A stretch of 64,000 bases of DNA from the human T2T-CHM13v2.0 reference genome, Homo sapiens. Both the position numbers and the translations under genes were made by a program. Positions 52,255 to 64,000 of this stretch are shown here, piece after piece (the first letter of the stretch is position 1; every line of letters starts with the position of its first letter). The stretch lies in assembly GCF_009914755.1 (NCBI RefSeq), contig NC_060937.1; one strand, given 5' to 3'. The notes beneath the pieces were generated by a model. The model saw only the letters and a program-made list of their open reading frames with translations, did not search any database and was not told the DNA's origin.

Positions 52255-52614
52255 TTGTTATTCTCAGTAACTGATGCGGCTGCTACAACAGACAAACTCA
52301 AAATCTTAGTGACAACATAAATAGTTCTCACATAAGTCAAGTCTTATGCAGATTTCTAGGCTCTACATTTAGTCAGTTAGATATCTCTAGGTTCCCTTCA
52401 TCTTCTGGCACTTCCATCTCAAGTCATGTCTTCCAAAGTTGCCACAACAGGGGAAGAGAGAAATGGAGGAGGCACACACCTCTTAACTGCCTCGGCCAGG
52501 AAGTGATTCACATCTCTTCTGCTCACAGTTGATTGCCCCAAACCAAGGGCAAAGGAGGCCGGGAAGTGCAGGGAAGTACATGGAAATTCAGTGAGCACCA
52601 AGTGTCTCTACCAT
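52255..52614 (-). mobile_element. old MLT1 (I/J-like) LTR
   Basis: GCTGCTACAACAGACAAACTCAAAATCTTAGTG...GGAAGTGATTCACATCTCTTCTGCTCACA...GGGAAGTGCAGGG. Confidence 0.55.
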
Positions 52615-53039
52615 AACCATGATATTGTTCTCGGGATGATAAAAAATGAAGACAGAATGTACTTTCCATTTGGTACTATGTTCCATACAAATAATGCCCA
52701 TGTGTTGGAATTCACTGAAGATAATAGCAAACCAATGGAAATCACAAAATACTCTACAGATCTCCAGTGCTTATATGCAATTCCAAATTTCAAAATGCTC
52801 TGGAAAACAAAAGTTTCCAGCTTTTCCAATAACTAGTTCAATGGAAACAACATGGCCTGAATTGAAGTAGGCTATTTACCAGCATACCTGGACCTCAGGT
52901 TTTCATTTAAGAGGGAGTGAATCTGAATAAAATAGACATAAATTAGGAGTAAGCATAGAAACTAAACTGGAACAACATTTTGGATATATTCGATTTGTCT
53001 CTAAGCTTTTAGTCATTTGTCCTGCAAATGCATTAGTCG

Positions 53040-53275
53040 ACATTTACTATTTCCTATGTGACAGGCACTGTTTTAAGTACTTTGCATTAATTAGCTCATT
53101 TAATGTTCTCAACAACCCTTTGGTGTAGGTGATATTATTATCTCTACTTAGCAGACATGGAAATAAAGTCCCGATAAGTCTAAAAATGGTCACCCAGTTA
53201 AAAACAGGAGAAGTTAGGGATAAAATCCAGGCAAATTTACTCCAGAAGCCCTTTTTTTAAACTACTATGCTATTC
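53040..53275 (-). mobile_element. MIR
   Basis: GGCACTGTTTTAAGTACTTTGCA...CTCATTTAATGTTCTCAACAACCCT...GTAGG...TATTATTATCTC. Confidence 0.65.
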
Positions 53276-53713
53276 TGTTCCCACATCGAATTTAAAATCA
53301 CATTAAGAAACTCTCTTACCTTTCATGTGTCCATCAACATTTGATGAGCTAAACCTGAGTTGAGCTATGTTACGCTTTGAATCGTGTGTGCATATATGTT
53401 TATTTGTGAGAATTTGCAGTAGACTTTCAATGAATAGCTGGCTTTATCTTAAGTCTATGAACAAAAAATTTTGGTTGGCATCACTGTCATGGTTCTTCCA
53501 TTTCATAAAACTTTCTGAGCAAGAATTCAACTGAGCTAGAGGCTAGTCCATGATGCAAAGGAAATTCTCATCAGTAGTTGAAAAAGATAGGCTTTGGCTT
53601 GTTTTAGGAAACTACATGGAAAAGTTCTGTCAACAAGACATTTTTATGTAGTAAATGAATTAACTGCATTAAATCAAGGTTTAAACATGATACAGTCCTC
53701 CCCCACTTTCAGC

Positions 53714-54018
53714 TTTTTTTTTTAATTTATTTATTTTGAGACAGAGTCTCTCTCTGTCACTCAGGCTGGAGTGCAGTGGTGAGATCTCGGCTCACTGCAA
53801 CCTCTGCCTCCGGGTTCAAGCTATTCTCCCGCCACATCCTCCAGAGTAGCAGGGATTACAGGCATGTGCCACCACGCCCAGATAATTTTGGTATTTTTAG
53901 TAGAGACGGGGTTTTGCCATCTTAGCCAGGCTTGTCTTGAACTACTGACCTCTGGTGATCCACCCTCCTCGGCCTCCCAAAGTGCTGGGATTATAGGTAT
54001 GAGCCACCACACCCGGCC
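53714..54018 (-). mobile_element. AluS, full length
   Basis: Reverse-complement dimeric Alu; TSD CACTTTCAGCTTT. Confidence 0.95.
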
Positions 54019-54408
54019 CACTTTCAGCTTTATTAAAGTAAACTTCTTAGACAAAAATTATATATAGTTAGGGTGTAAAATATGATGTTTTGATATATGT
54101 ATACATTGTGAATGATCAAATTAAGCTAATTAATATATCTAGCACCTCACATACTTAACATTTTTAAAGATTAATTAAACATACTATAAACTACTACTTT
54201 CTGACATCTTTAATGTCTCTTTTGTTGTAGGATGTTGACAGTAGAAAGAATGTTACTACTTCCTGTTTCCTGGGAATAGTCAATACTAACTTAAAAATGT
54301 GTGACTATACTAGAATAATTATACTAAATATACTTCTGAAAAGTTGTTTTTCTTAAAGTTTGCTATTTTGAACTAAAAAATAACTATTTCATAGAAATAT
54401 TTTCTCTA

Positions 54409-55030
54409 AAATAGGAACACTTTTACACTGTTGGTGGGACTGTAAACTAGTTCAACCATTGTGGAAGTCAGTGTGGCGATTCCTCAGGGATCTAGAACTA
54501 GAAATACCATTTGACCCAGCCATCCCATTACTGGGTATATACCCAAAGGACTATAAATCATGCTGCTATAAAGACACATGCACATGTATGTTTACTGCGG
54601 CACTATTCACAATAGCAAAGACTTGGAACCAACCCAAATGTCCAACAACGATAGACTGGATTAAGAAAATGTGGCACATATACACCATGGAATACTATGC
54701 AGCCATAAAAAATGATGAGTTCATGTCCTTTGTAGGGACATGGATGAAATTGGAAATCATCATTCTCGGTAAACTATCACAAGGACAAAAAACCAAACAC
54801 CGCATGTTCTCACTCATAGATGGGAATTGAACAATGAGAACACATGGACACAGGAAGGGAAACATCACACACTGGGTACTGTTGTGGGGTTGGGGGAGGG
54901 GGCAGGGATAGCATTAGGAGATATACCTAATGCTAAATGACAAGTTAGTGGGTGCAGCACACCAGCATGGCACATGTATACATATGTAACTAACCTGCAC
55001 ATTGTGCACATGTACCCTAAAACTTAAAGT

Positions 55031-55061
<31 letters not shown>

Positions 55062-55078
55062 GGAAGTAGGAAAAAAAA
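54409..55078 (+). mobile_element. young L1PA (PA2-3-like) 5'-truncated insertion with the ORF2 C-terminal frame open (54459-54830)
   Basis: Translation WKSVWRFLRDLELEIPFDPAIPLLGIYP...KTKHRMFSLI; L1 3'UTR G-tract; perfect 16-bp TSD AGAAATATTTTCTCTA (54393-54408, 55079-55094). Confidence 0.96.
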
Positions 55079-55544
55079 AGAAATATTTTCTCTATAATCT
55101 TAAAAAATCTTCTCCCAAATGTAGTAGTATAGTCTTTTTGAAACTCTAAATTATATTACACATTTTTCTAAATTATGATTTTGTACTTATCAATGTTTTG
55201 CAAGAATATGAGTATTTAATAAAAATTGTCGCTAAGTTATCTAATTAAAATTAATAAAATAAAGAGACTCTGCCTAACCTCTTAGTCATTCCCATTCCCT
55301 CACCTGAACAATCTTGAAAGAGTAGGGGAGTGGTTGGTTGGTTGACTGTTAGTTCTCTCTCACTCTACCAGCCCTACTAGCCTGAGTTAATTTCCTGCAC
55401 TGTCAGGAGCACCTTGATGCTAAGAAGTAGATTGCCTGAAGATAGTCACATTCAATTCTCAATAACAGTGAAATAAGTATTTATCTTATTTAAAAACAAA
55501 GGCTAATTTGAATAGAAGTCAAGTATGACCTTCCAGATTATATA

Positions 55545-56019
55545 AGCTATAGCATTCAGTTTTTGCTTTGTAACAAATGAATTGAAAGTCTCTGTGCTTA
55601 TAATAACTAACAATTAATTTCATGCTCACGTGTGTAGGTTGACTGGGCTTCTGCTGATCTAGGCTAGGCATAGCCGAGAAAAGCTGGACTCCAAGTTTCT
55701 AGTCAGCTGTAGGCTGCTCTTTTTTGGGGTCCAGGTTGAAAAGTGTAGCCACACCTGGGGTATTCTTCTCTCATGAGGAATCAAAAAAGCCCAAGAAGAA
55801 AAGCTAAAACATGGAAATAAATTTAAAGCCTCTGCTCATGTTACGTCCCCTAGCATGCTATCAGGCCAGGCAAATTATATGGCCACGTCCAATTTTCGTG
55901 GGGATAAGAAATATGTCCTGCCCACTCTGGAAGAGGAACTAGATCACAAGGTAAAAAAGCATGGATGTACAATCCCATAAGGGAAAGGAGGTGAAGAATT
56001 AGGAACAATAATTTACCAC
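55545..56019 (-). mobile_element. old MLT1 (G/H-like) LTR
   Basis: TTTAAAGCCTCTGCTCATGTTACGTC...GGCCAGGCAAATTATATGGCC...GAAGAATTAGGAACAATAAT. Confidence 0.55.
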
Positions 56020-56051
56020 GTCTACTGATTCAAAATTTAATGTTTTTCTTT

Positions 56052-56356
56052 CTTCTTTCTTTCTTTTTTTTCTTTTTTTTTAGACAGAGTCTCGCTCTGC
56101 CGCCCAGGCTGAAGTGCAGTGGCACGATCTCGGCTCACGGCTCACTGCAAGCTCCGCCTCCCAGGTTCACGCCATTCTCCTGCCCCAGCCTCCCAAGTAG
56201 CTGGGACTACAGGCGCCCGCCACCACGCCCAGCTAATTTTTTTGTATTTTTAGTAGAGACGGGGTTTCACCGTGTTAGCCTGGAAGGTCTCGGTCTCCTG
56301 ACCTCGTGATCCGTCCGCCTCGGCCTCCCAAAGTGTTGGGATTACAGCGCCTGGCC
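56052..56356 (-). mobile_element. AluY with a 7-bp internal duplication and a 13-bp deletion near its 5' end
   Basis: AluY diagnostics; TSD AATGTTTTTCTTT (56039-56051, 56357-56369). Confidence 0.95.
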
Positions 56357-56851
56357 AATGTTTTTCTTTAAAGAGGAAGATTCCTGTCAGAAATGAAGCC
56401 TTCATATTTAAGAGCCTTCATTTTTCTCATTCAGTTACTCTGTGCTGCTACTGTGCCAATATGGGCACGAGGTGCATACCAGATGCATCAACCTCCTCCT
56501 CAGCTCTCTTCTCTCTGCTAGACAGTGTCCTTTGGGTGAACGGTTCCACTTTTGTGACTTTGACCATCTGAAAGACTGATGGAGCCTCCATCTCTGTATC
56601 CCCTTCTCCTCCTGCTGCCCCTCCCCTGGCTTTCCCTCATGCTCTAGAAACACCAACAGTCTTCCTCACGGCTTTATACCACAGCATCTTGTTTCTCAGC
56701 CTCTCCCTTCCATGGACTGTGAGCAGAGACAGTGTGTTTATTCATCTGTTTCTCCAACACCCACCACATGCATTGTCAGACTTTCACTAAAAGCATAAAT
56801 AGGAAGAGCATGATGATAAATTAGTTAATGCATATAATGTACATTATTTTC

Positions 56852-56950
56852 AGGTGCTGGATGCCCTAAAAGCCCTGACTTGACCACTACACAACCTATG
56901 CATACAACAAAATTGCACATGTGCCCCATAAATTTATATAAATAAATAAC
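56852..56950 (+). mobile_element. short L1 (PB/MA-like) 3' terminus
   Basis: CTAAAAGCCCTGACTTGACCACTACACAACCTATGCAT...CCCCATAAATTTATA. Confidence 0.7.
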
Positions 56951-57043
56951 TTTTTAAAGACATAAATAATGAAGGAATATTGAGACTTCTTATTGGTCCA
57001 GAGGAAGTGTTTTCTTTTAAAGCACATCTATTTTAAAAAAATA

Positions 57044-57318
57044 TTTTTAAAGATAGCGTCTTGCTCTATTGCCCAGGCTGGAGTGCAGTGGCATGATCTC
57101 CTGGGCTAAAATGATCCTCCTGCATCAGCCTCTCAAGTAGCTGGGACTACAGACACATGCCACCAGTTCCAGCTAATTTTTTTTTTTTCTAAATTTTTAG
57201 TAGAGATGGGATCTCCCTACATTACCCAGGGTAGTCTTAAACTCCTGGCCTCAAGTGATCCTCCCACCTCAGCCTCCCAAAGTGCTGGAATTACAGGCAT
57301 GAGCCACCACACCCGACC
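57044..57318 (-). mobile_element. AluJ with an internal deletion
   Basis: Reverse-complement Alu with CTCCTGGCCTCAAGTGATCCTCCC; the GCTCACTGCAGCC segment is missing. Confidence 0.9.
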
Positions 57319-58644
57319 CCCATATCGATATTTTAATAATGCTGAGAATATCTTGTAATTTAGGTTGCCATTGATGCTCACTATTGTTTTACTGTATAAA
57401 TTCTTTACTTTCTACATTACTATTAACCCACACAGATCTTTCCCCTTACCTCAACTTCAATTGCCCTTAAAATTTATATCACAGCATTTAACACTTATGG
57501 TTGTTTAGTTATTTCATGTATTTTAGTTTTTTTCTCCTCAACTAGATTATGATCTTCAAGACAAAGTTGTACATGCTGGAATGTACATCTTACATATGGC
57601 ACATAATCGTGCATACAAAATATAGGAAAAAATGATAATGATTAATACATAGTTCTTACAATGTTCCAGGCACTATTCTAAGGCAATCCACCTGTTGATT
57701 CATTTAATCCTCAAAACAAGTACAATTGTTGTCATTCTTCTAAGGAAGAAATGGAAGGCACAGCTGAGGAATCCACTTACTACATGGAGAGACTGAAATT
57801 CAACCCAGGCAGCTTGGCCCCAGAATCTGGGCTTCTAATCACTCTCCACACTAGAAACTCAATAAACATGGCTAATTGGTTGAAACTTACCCTTAGGACA
57901 GTTTTCTACTGACATTTACCCTCACATAATTTTTAATCCTTTTTAACATTTACCTAAAACTCTCAAAAAGATGTGAAAGTTTGCTGATGATATCCAGCAA
58001 AAATATCCAATTATTTCTTATATTGGTTTCAGCCCTGTGCTTGGAGTAAACTGAAACAAAGTTTATCACAATAAGTGTGGGAGAAAGAGAAGAACATGGC
58101 AAATAAAACTGTATCATTCATTTTACAAATTTACTAAACTGCATGTCAGAATCTTTTTAAATCAATCTGTTAGCTCTAATGATATGCTGTTTGGTTGATA
58201 TCTTCTTGTATAAATTTATTTATGGCTGGAAATTTAGATTCTGCTTGTTGATCCTACAAAAAAACTATGACATAACTAAGTAATTTTGAAAATTCCATGT
58301 AAGCACAGAAAAAGTGTTGATATTATATAAAAAGTGTTTTTGTTTTTGCTGTTTTAGGTCATTTGGCTGCTCTAACTTAACATTCAGGGCAGACTGGAGA
58401 TAAGGCTTCCTTCAAGAAAACATCCCTGACTCCCTATGGCACCCTTGCATTTCCACCATCATAACACTGGCCTCATAATATTCGCTTAATGAACACCTCC
58501 TGAGCACCAGTTATACATCCATCACTACTGAAAGTGTGAGGATAGAGCAGTGAACAAAATGGACAATATTATTAGGATTGTTAAATGTTCATTTGTGATT
58601 TCCATAGTACTTCAATTCCAGGACAGCAGAAACATAATCTTTCC

Positions 58645-59057
58645 TATTGGCATCTGTCTTTGTGTGGCTGTAACAAAATACCTAAGACTGGGTAATTTAT
58701 AAAGAATGGAAAATTATTTCTCACAGTTCTAGGAGGCCGGGAAGTTCACAGTCCAATAACTGGCTGATGTGGTGTCTGATGAGGGCCCTTTCTTTGCTTC
58801 CAACACGGCGCCTGTTGCTGCATCCTCCAGAGGAGACAAATGCTGTGTCCTCACAAGGAGGCAGGGCAGAAGCTAAAAGGGGCCTAGCTAATTCCCTTCA
58901 GCCCTTTTAAAGGGTCATTAATCCCATTCATGAGGGCTCTGCCTTCATGATTTAATCACCTCTTAAACGCCTCACCTTTTAATAATATCACTTTGGGTCT
59001 TAGGTTCCAACATATGAATTTGGAGGGGTGGGGGTCACGAACATTCAAATCATAGCA
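58645..59057 (-). mobile_element. MST-family (MSTC/D-like) MaLR solo LTR
   Basis: AAAATACCTAAGACTGGGTAATTTATAAAGAA...CATTAATCCCATTCATGAGGGC...ACATTCAAATCATAGCA. Confidence 0.85.
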
Positions 59058-61898
59058 TCATCTCAATCTCCAATGCCCAGGATTGGGTGTGACACATAAT
59101 AGACTCTTAATAAGTATATTTTCAATGAATGTTGTTGAATTATAAAAGCATATTACTTTAGTATATAACAGCATATAACAAAAAACTTCTATCTGCAAGA
59201 AAATAATTTTCTTTAGAATTTACTTAAATTTAAATTCTTATATTGTCATAAATAAACCAGTGACCACTGAAAACACCTAAGTAATCTCTTATAAGAAAAA
59301 TTCAAATACTTTTTGGTGTCATGTGAATTTGAATACTGCATCAAAGCGAATATTTATCTATCATTATAATATTTAGAGAAAATGTACTTTATAGCTTTCA
59401 TTTTTTCCCTTTCTGAGAAATAAACCTTGCAGCAGCCAGCATACAGTTACAAAAGGATACCAAAAAATAAAAAAATCCAACCTTCCTTTGCATTCAAATT
59501 GCATGCAATTGCATGAAAATACTTTTCTGCACCCAAGTCCACATGACACCAAAAGCAGATATCAACATGGCTAATATGTAAATATGTTTGGGGAGATGGG
59601 CAGCTCATTCATCAGGTAAATTTTAGGTTGTTCCTCCCAGGGATGAAGATGAAGGCTCCCAAGAAGTCACTCAACCAGAGCCCTGTCAATGGTAACAGCC
59701 AAACAGCACCCCTTTCTGGTAACCAGCATTCTACTTAATGCTCACCAGTTAAGATCTTTCCTCTGGGAGTCTATTTCCAAAGGCCCCATGTGACAAAGAT
59801 GGCCCAGAAACCATGTTGCATGCATGTCAGCCGAGCACACACAAAATCTTGCCAACGTTTTTCTCAGTTTTCACTTTAGCTCTCACTTTCTATTTTTCCC
59901 TATTTCTCTCCTACTATCTTGGTTTGATGGGCTCCATGTGAGCTACTCATGGAAATTCTTGAAACTAGAAAGAAAACTGATTACTAAGATTTATAAGGTT
60001 GAAATGATTTATTCACCCCTGAAGGAAAGAGACAATTCATCACATTTCAAAAGACTGGACAATCAAGCTCTGACTATATTTATATGACATCATAAAGCTG
60101 TTTTCTTGAAGAATGACTAAGCCGCCTGCTTAAAAATGAGACGACTTATTCTGGGCAGACATTTTGAACACGAGTATTTTAGAAGCCAGTGTATTTTTTT
60201 GGCCACTGAAGACCTTTTCAGTGGAAAAGAAAACTCAAGAGTGTAATAATTTTGACTGAATGTTGCATATCTTTTAATAAATTTATGTGGAAAAATGTTT
60301 ATTAAACATCTAGTATAGGTTAAGTGTTGAGCTAGATGCATCATGTTCCCTGCCAACTAGGGGCTCACAGAGGTTCACAGTTGGGTAGGGAAAGAAATAA
60401 GTAAATAAATAATTATAACAAAGTGTTAATTGCTCAAAATAAAGTCAACCCCTACCTAAAACAAGAAGTTCAAAAATCTTTCTACATGAGACCAAAATCA
60501 TGTAAGTCATGTCCATTTCTGATTGTTAGCACTAAAGGATTTTCGATATTTTATGGAAGAAGGGGGATATTGCAGGAAACCCCAATATGAACAAAATACC
60601 TGTTTTCAGCATATAGAATAATGCAAGAGGGTAAGGACATGCATACAACATGAGACTTCTGGTTGACCTTCTCTCTTAGGCTCTTTTCAAAATTCACCAG
60701 TTATGTATACTATTCCATCTCAGCCAACTCTAATGTTGGAAAATAATCTGATAAGTGAATCCCCCCTAAGATATTAATGGTTTGTTGTATAATGCATCAT
60801 TTTACTGAGGGATTTGTGCACTAATAGGCCACTCTTAAAAATGAAAGCCTTAATTCGCTATTACGAATCACTGGTTTTAGAGTACTAAGCATTATGTGAC
60901 TTTTATCTCTAACTCTGAATGTTCTACCCTGGTTTGTTCACGTTAAAATATGAAAGCCTTCATCAACTCCATTCATCTTGGACAAGATGAAACCCTGGCC
61001 CAAGCCACATGCATTTAGAAACAATTCACATAGTAGATTTTAATTTTTAATCTAATTTTTTGTGATACAGAATTCATAGTAACAAAAACAAAATAATCAC
61101 TTTATGTGAAACTAATAACATTAGAAATTGTGGTGATCATGGGGAAATAACTGTAGTTTTTTTTTAATGCCCTGGACCCTAATTATGTTTTCTGGTTTTC
61201 CTTTTCATAAGAAAACTCCAGATCACGATAAGACAAATTTAAAAAAAAACTTTAATATATTCACACACCTTAACTAAGTGTAACCCTTGCAGGTAGTGAT
61301 GTTCCAAACTTTCACAGCAAAATCCCAGTCTAACAGCAAGCAGATTGTCTGTAATTCATACAACTCCTGCTAAGAAAAAAATTAATAAATCCAAGAAGAA
61401 ATTAATGGGGCAAAAACCATCTTTTGATTTATAGAACAGAATTTTTCACATAACCCTGAAACTAGAAAGTGTACCAGCAGGGGTTTTGCAGATCACCCAA
61501 GACCAGGGATTACCTGGAAACCCTCGCCTAGTAACAAGCAGAGAGAAACTTTGCACTTGCCAAAGCCTGGCCAGCTAGGATTCTGGGACCTGAGCCCAAG
61601 GGTGAGTTAGGTAGGTGAGAGTTCTTAAAACAGGAATGGGAAGAAACCAAAGACAACTTCCTAGCAAAATCAGCACTGAAAAATTGTCTCCACCAAGCAT
61701 CAGACCAAGGCTTGGACAGAGAGGTGAAAAGCATACCTAAGATGTTGCGGTGGCCCCCAGAATATAAAGACCAGAGCAGGGAAGGTGTGTTGGAGAAAAA
61801 AACGGAAACTCCCTGACTTGCTTCTTAAAAGTGCACTCATAGCCTCATTGGGTGGGGCAGAGAAAGCAAAGACAGACCAGATTTAAACAGAGGAAATC

Positions 61899-62205
61899 GG
61901 CCAGGCGTGGTGGCTCATGCCTGTAATCCCAGCACTTTGGGAGGCCGAGGCGGGCAGATCATTTGAGGTCAGGAATTCAAGAGCAGCCTGGCCAACATGG
62001 TGAAACCCCATCTCTCCCAATAATACAAAACTTAGCTGAGTGTGGTGGCACGTGCCTGTAATCCCAGCTGCCAGGGAGACTGAGGCATGAGAATGCCTCA
62101 TTCTCACAGGAGGCGGAGGTTGCAGTGAGCCAAGATCATGCCACTGCACTCCAGCCTGGGCAACAGGGTGAAACTGTGTTTCAAAATAAAATAAAATAAA
62201 ATAGA
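61899..62205 (+). mobile_element. AluS (Sz/Sx-like), full length
   Basis: Dimeric Alu with (AAAAT)n tail; degenerate TSD TAAACAGAGGAAATC / TAAACAGGGAAACC. Confidence 0.95.
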
Positions 62206-63169
62206 TAAACAGGGAAACCGTTCTTACAGCATACACTTTAAGAAAAAAAAATGTTATCAAATTAAGCTAAGGGTTCACACTAGTGAGTGAAGGATAGGAA
62301 GCCAAAAGAGAGAGTGAATCGTAAATTTCTCTCAATTCTGTTCACAGATTTCATTTCCCAAAGTGCCAAATTATTTTGGTTTCACTAGACTTAATCCCAA
62401 ACTCAAAACTTCACTTCATTAAAATAGCAATACCTGACATTCTCTGAGGCTATTTCAGACCGTTTTAAACCTTCAGCAAAGCCCTTTTAATAGTTTCAAA
62501 CAAGTTACACATCAAAAGAGCTATCGAGGCTGCCTGACAACAAAACTCATTACATGACATAAATGTACCGCAAAACCTTAGCAAATCAGATGTTTATTCA
62601 AATATAAAAGTTTTTCCCCACTAAAATACTTAAAAGAACGTATGATGTGGAAATATCACATAAAATGCCCTTTTAGACTATCTTGCCTTGTTTAACATAC
62701 TCATATTTGTGAAAAAAACCAATTTACCTCTGCAAATTGTGTAATCATCAAAATGAATGCTTTAGCAAATCTCTTTGTTTCCTTTTCTACCACCCCATGC
62801 ATGTTGTAACATGATTTCTGATTTTGTGACCTGGAGCTGATTTTTTTTTTTTTTGAAACCACGAAGATCTGTTTGGCATCATCCACGTGAGTATCCGCCC
62901 TGCTGAAGAGCCCTCCACTCTATTCCCAGCACTCCAGTTTGATGGAAGAGCCTTTCAACCTTCCCACGTCAGAATGCATTCTGATGTCAGACTTGTTCTT
63001 ATCATGATGAAGACCATAGTCTTACTTATTCTAGAAAAGTATTTGGTTACATGCTAACAAACCTACAATAAAAATCAGGAAGAATACTTATAGCCTATGT
63101 TACTGGACTATTTTCTACGTAAGAATTAGATAAACTCTAAAATCTCACTAAGTTCACTATCACTAACAC

Positions 63170-63802
63170 TGATGCAGGATTTTTCTTCTTGGTCATTTTG
63201 CAAGCCGGGGACCCCCGGCCAGTGACACTCCACCCGGGCCTCGCTCGGCCACGCTGGCATGCCCCAGCTCACCTATGTTATAGCTTGTACCTGCATTCGG
63301 TGGTTCCCGAGCTCTGGTACTGCACCCAAGAAGAATAAGGATACGCTGGGCATTGAAGTGGTAAGGAGGGCGAAGAAGAGTTTTATTGAGCAATGAAAAC
63401 GGCTTTCAGCGGAGAAGGGATGCATGGTTGGTCCCCCTACGCAAAGGCAGGAAAGTTCCCCCAAGTGGTTGGGTCTGGGGCCTGTTATGGACTCAGAATG
63501 GGGAGTGCATGCTGATTGGTTTGTGAGCATGTAAAAAAGGTTAAAGCAAAGACACCACTCAAAGGTGGGCACGACAGTGTAGAAAACCAATTAAGAAAGG
63601 GTAGGTATATGTAAAATAGGTGAAGGGTAGGGCCCAATCAGAGGAAAGCTTGCCAAACAGGAAGACAAGTTCTCAATCCGGTGGGAGGGTTTAACTTGCA
63701 GCTTGGCTTTCAGGCTTTAAACTGTCTTTGGCTTGGAGGTGGGGTTTCACCAGGGACCCACCCCTATATGCCGAGGCATTTTCCTGCCTCCTGTTGCTAT
63801 CA
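63170..63802 (-). mobile_element. LTR27-like (LTR1/27/28 group) ERV1 solo LTR
   Basis: Minus strand TGATAGCAACAGGAGGCAGG...GAAACCCCACCTCCAAGCC...AAAAATCCTGCATCA; perfect 4-bp TSD ACAC (63166-63169, 63803-63806). Confidence 0.85.
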
Positions 63803-64000
63803 ACACTAATAGATCATCCTACAGTAGTGATTGTACCATCATAAATATCAAATACGTTTTAAAGGCATGTTTTCCACTATGAAAGTAACACTAAAGAAGA
63901 AAACAAAATTTTATCATGGTTTTATACAGTGACTCTTTCAACAGTGACTAATTCTTATATGGAAATTTCAGGGCTTAGGCACTTTCCCTCCAATCTACAA

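Noticed and set aside
54459-54830. 123-aa ORF with strong protein similarity
   Set aside because: It is the C-terminus of L1 ORF2 in a 670-bp 5'-truncated insertion with no promoter or true start codon.
61883-62260. Alu-derived ORFs here and at 5864, 12464, 16574, 23611, 35244, 46384, 53821 and 56040
   Set aside because: All are translations of Alu sequence.
62966-62987. Palindrome TCAGAATGCATTCTGA, and overlapping palindromes at 59497-59515
   Set aside because: Palindromes of 14-16 bp are expected occasionally in 64 kb; no supporting context.

Overview
Primate (probably human or great-ape) genomic DNA: AT-rich, intronic or intergenic in character and dominated by interspersed repeats. I found no supportable protein-coding exon, tRNA, rRNA or CRISPR array. 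The longer ORFs in the track map mostly to Alu, L1 ORF2, THE1-internal or LTR sequence. Recognisable elements include 12 Alu-family insertions plus one 17-nt Alu remnant, young L1PA 3' ends, a complete THE1B provirus with a perfect TSD, and a near-complete MLT1F provirus carrying nested L1, MER63, LTR8 and MER57 insertions. There is also a Zaphod hAT transposon with both ends and fossil transposase motifs, several solo LTRs (MLT2A, LTR27-like, MER67, LTR33, LTR16, LTR50-like) and a 29-bp minisatellite. The most notable observation is an old ERVL-type LTR at 25.8-26.4 kb carrying a decayed copy of apolipoprotein A-IV coding sequence, i.e. a captured host-gene fragment. Four separate template-switch or fold-back scars also stand out: in THE1-int, in MLT2A (a 91-bp hairpin), in an AluJ tail and inside an AluS. 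Repeat family names come from recalled consensus similarity, not from a RepeatMasker run, so subfamily labels need checking.
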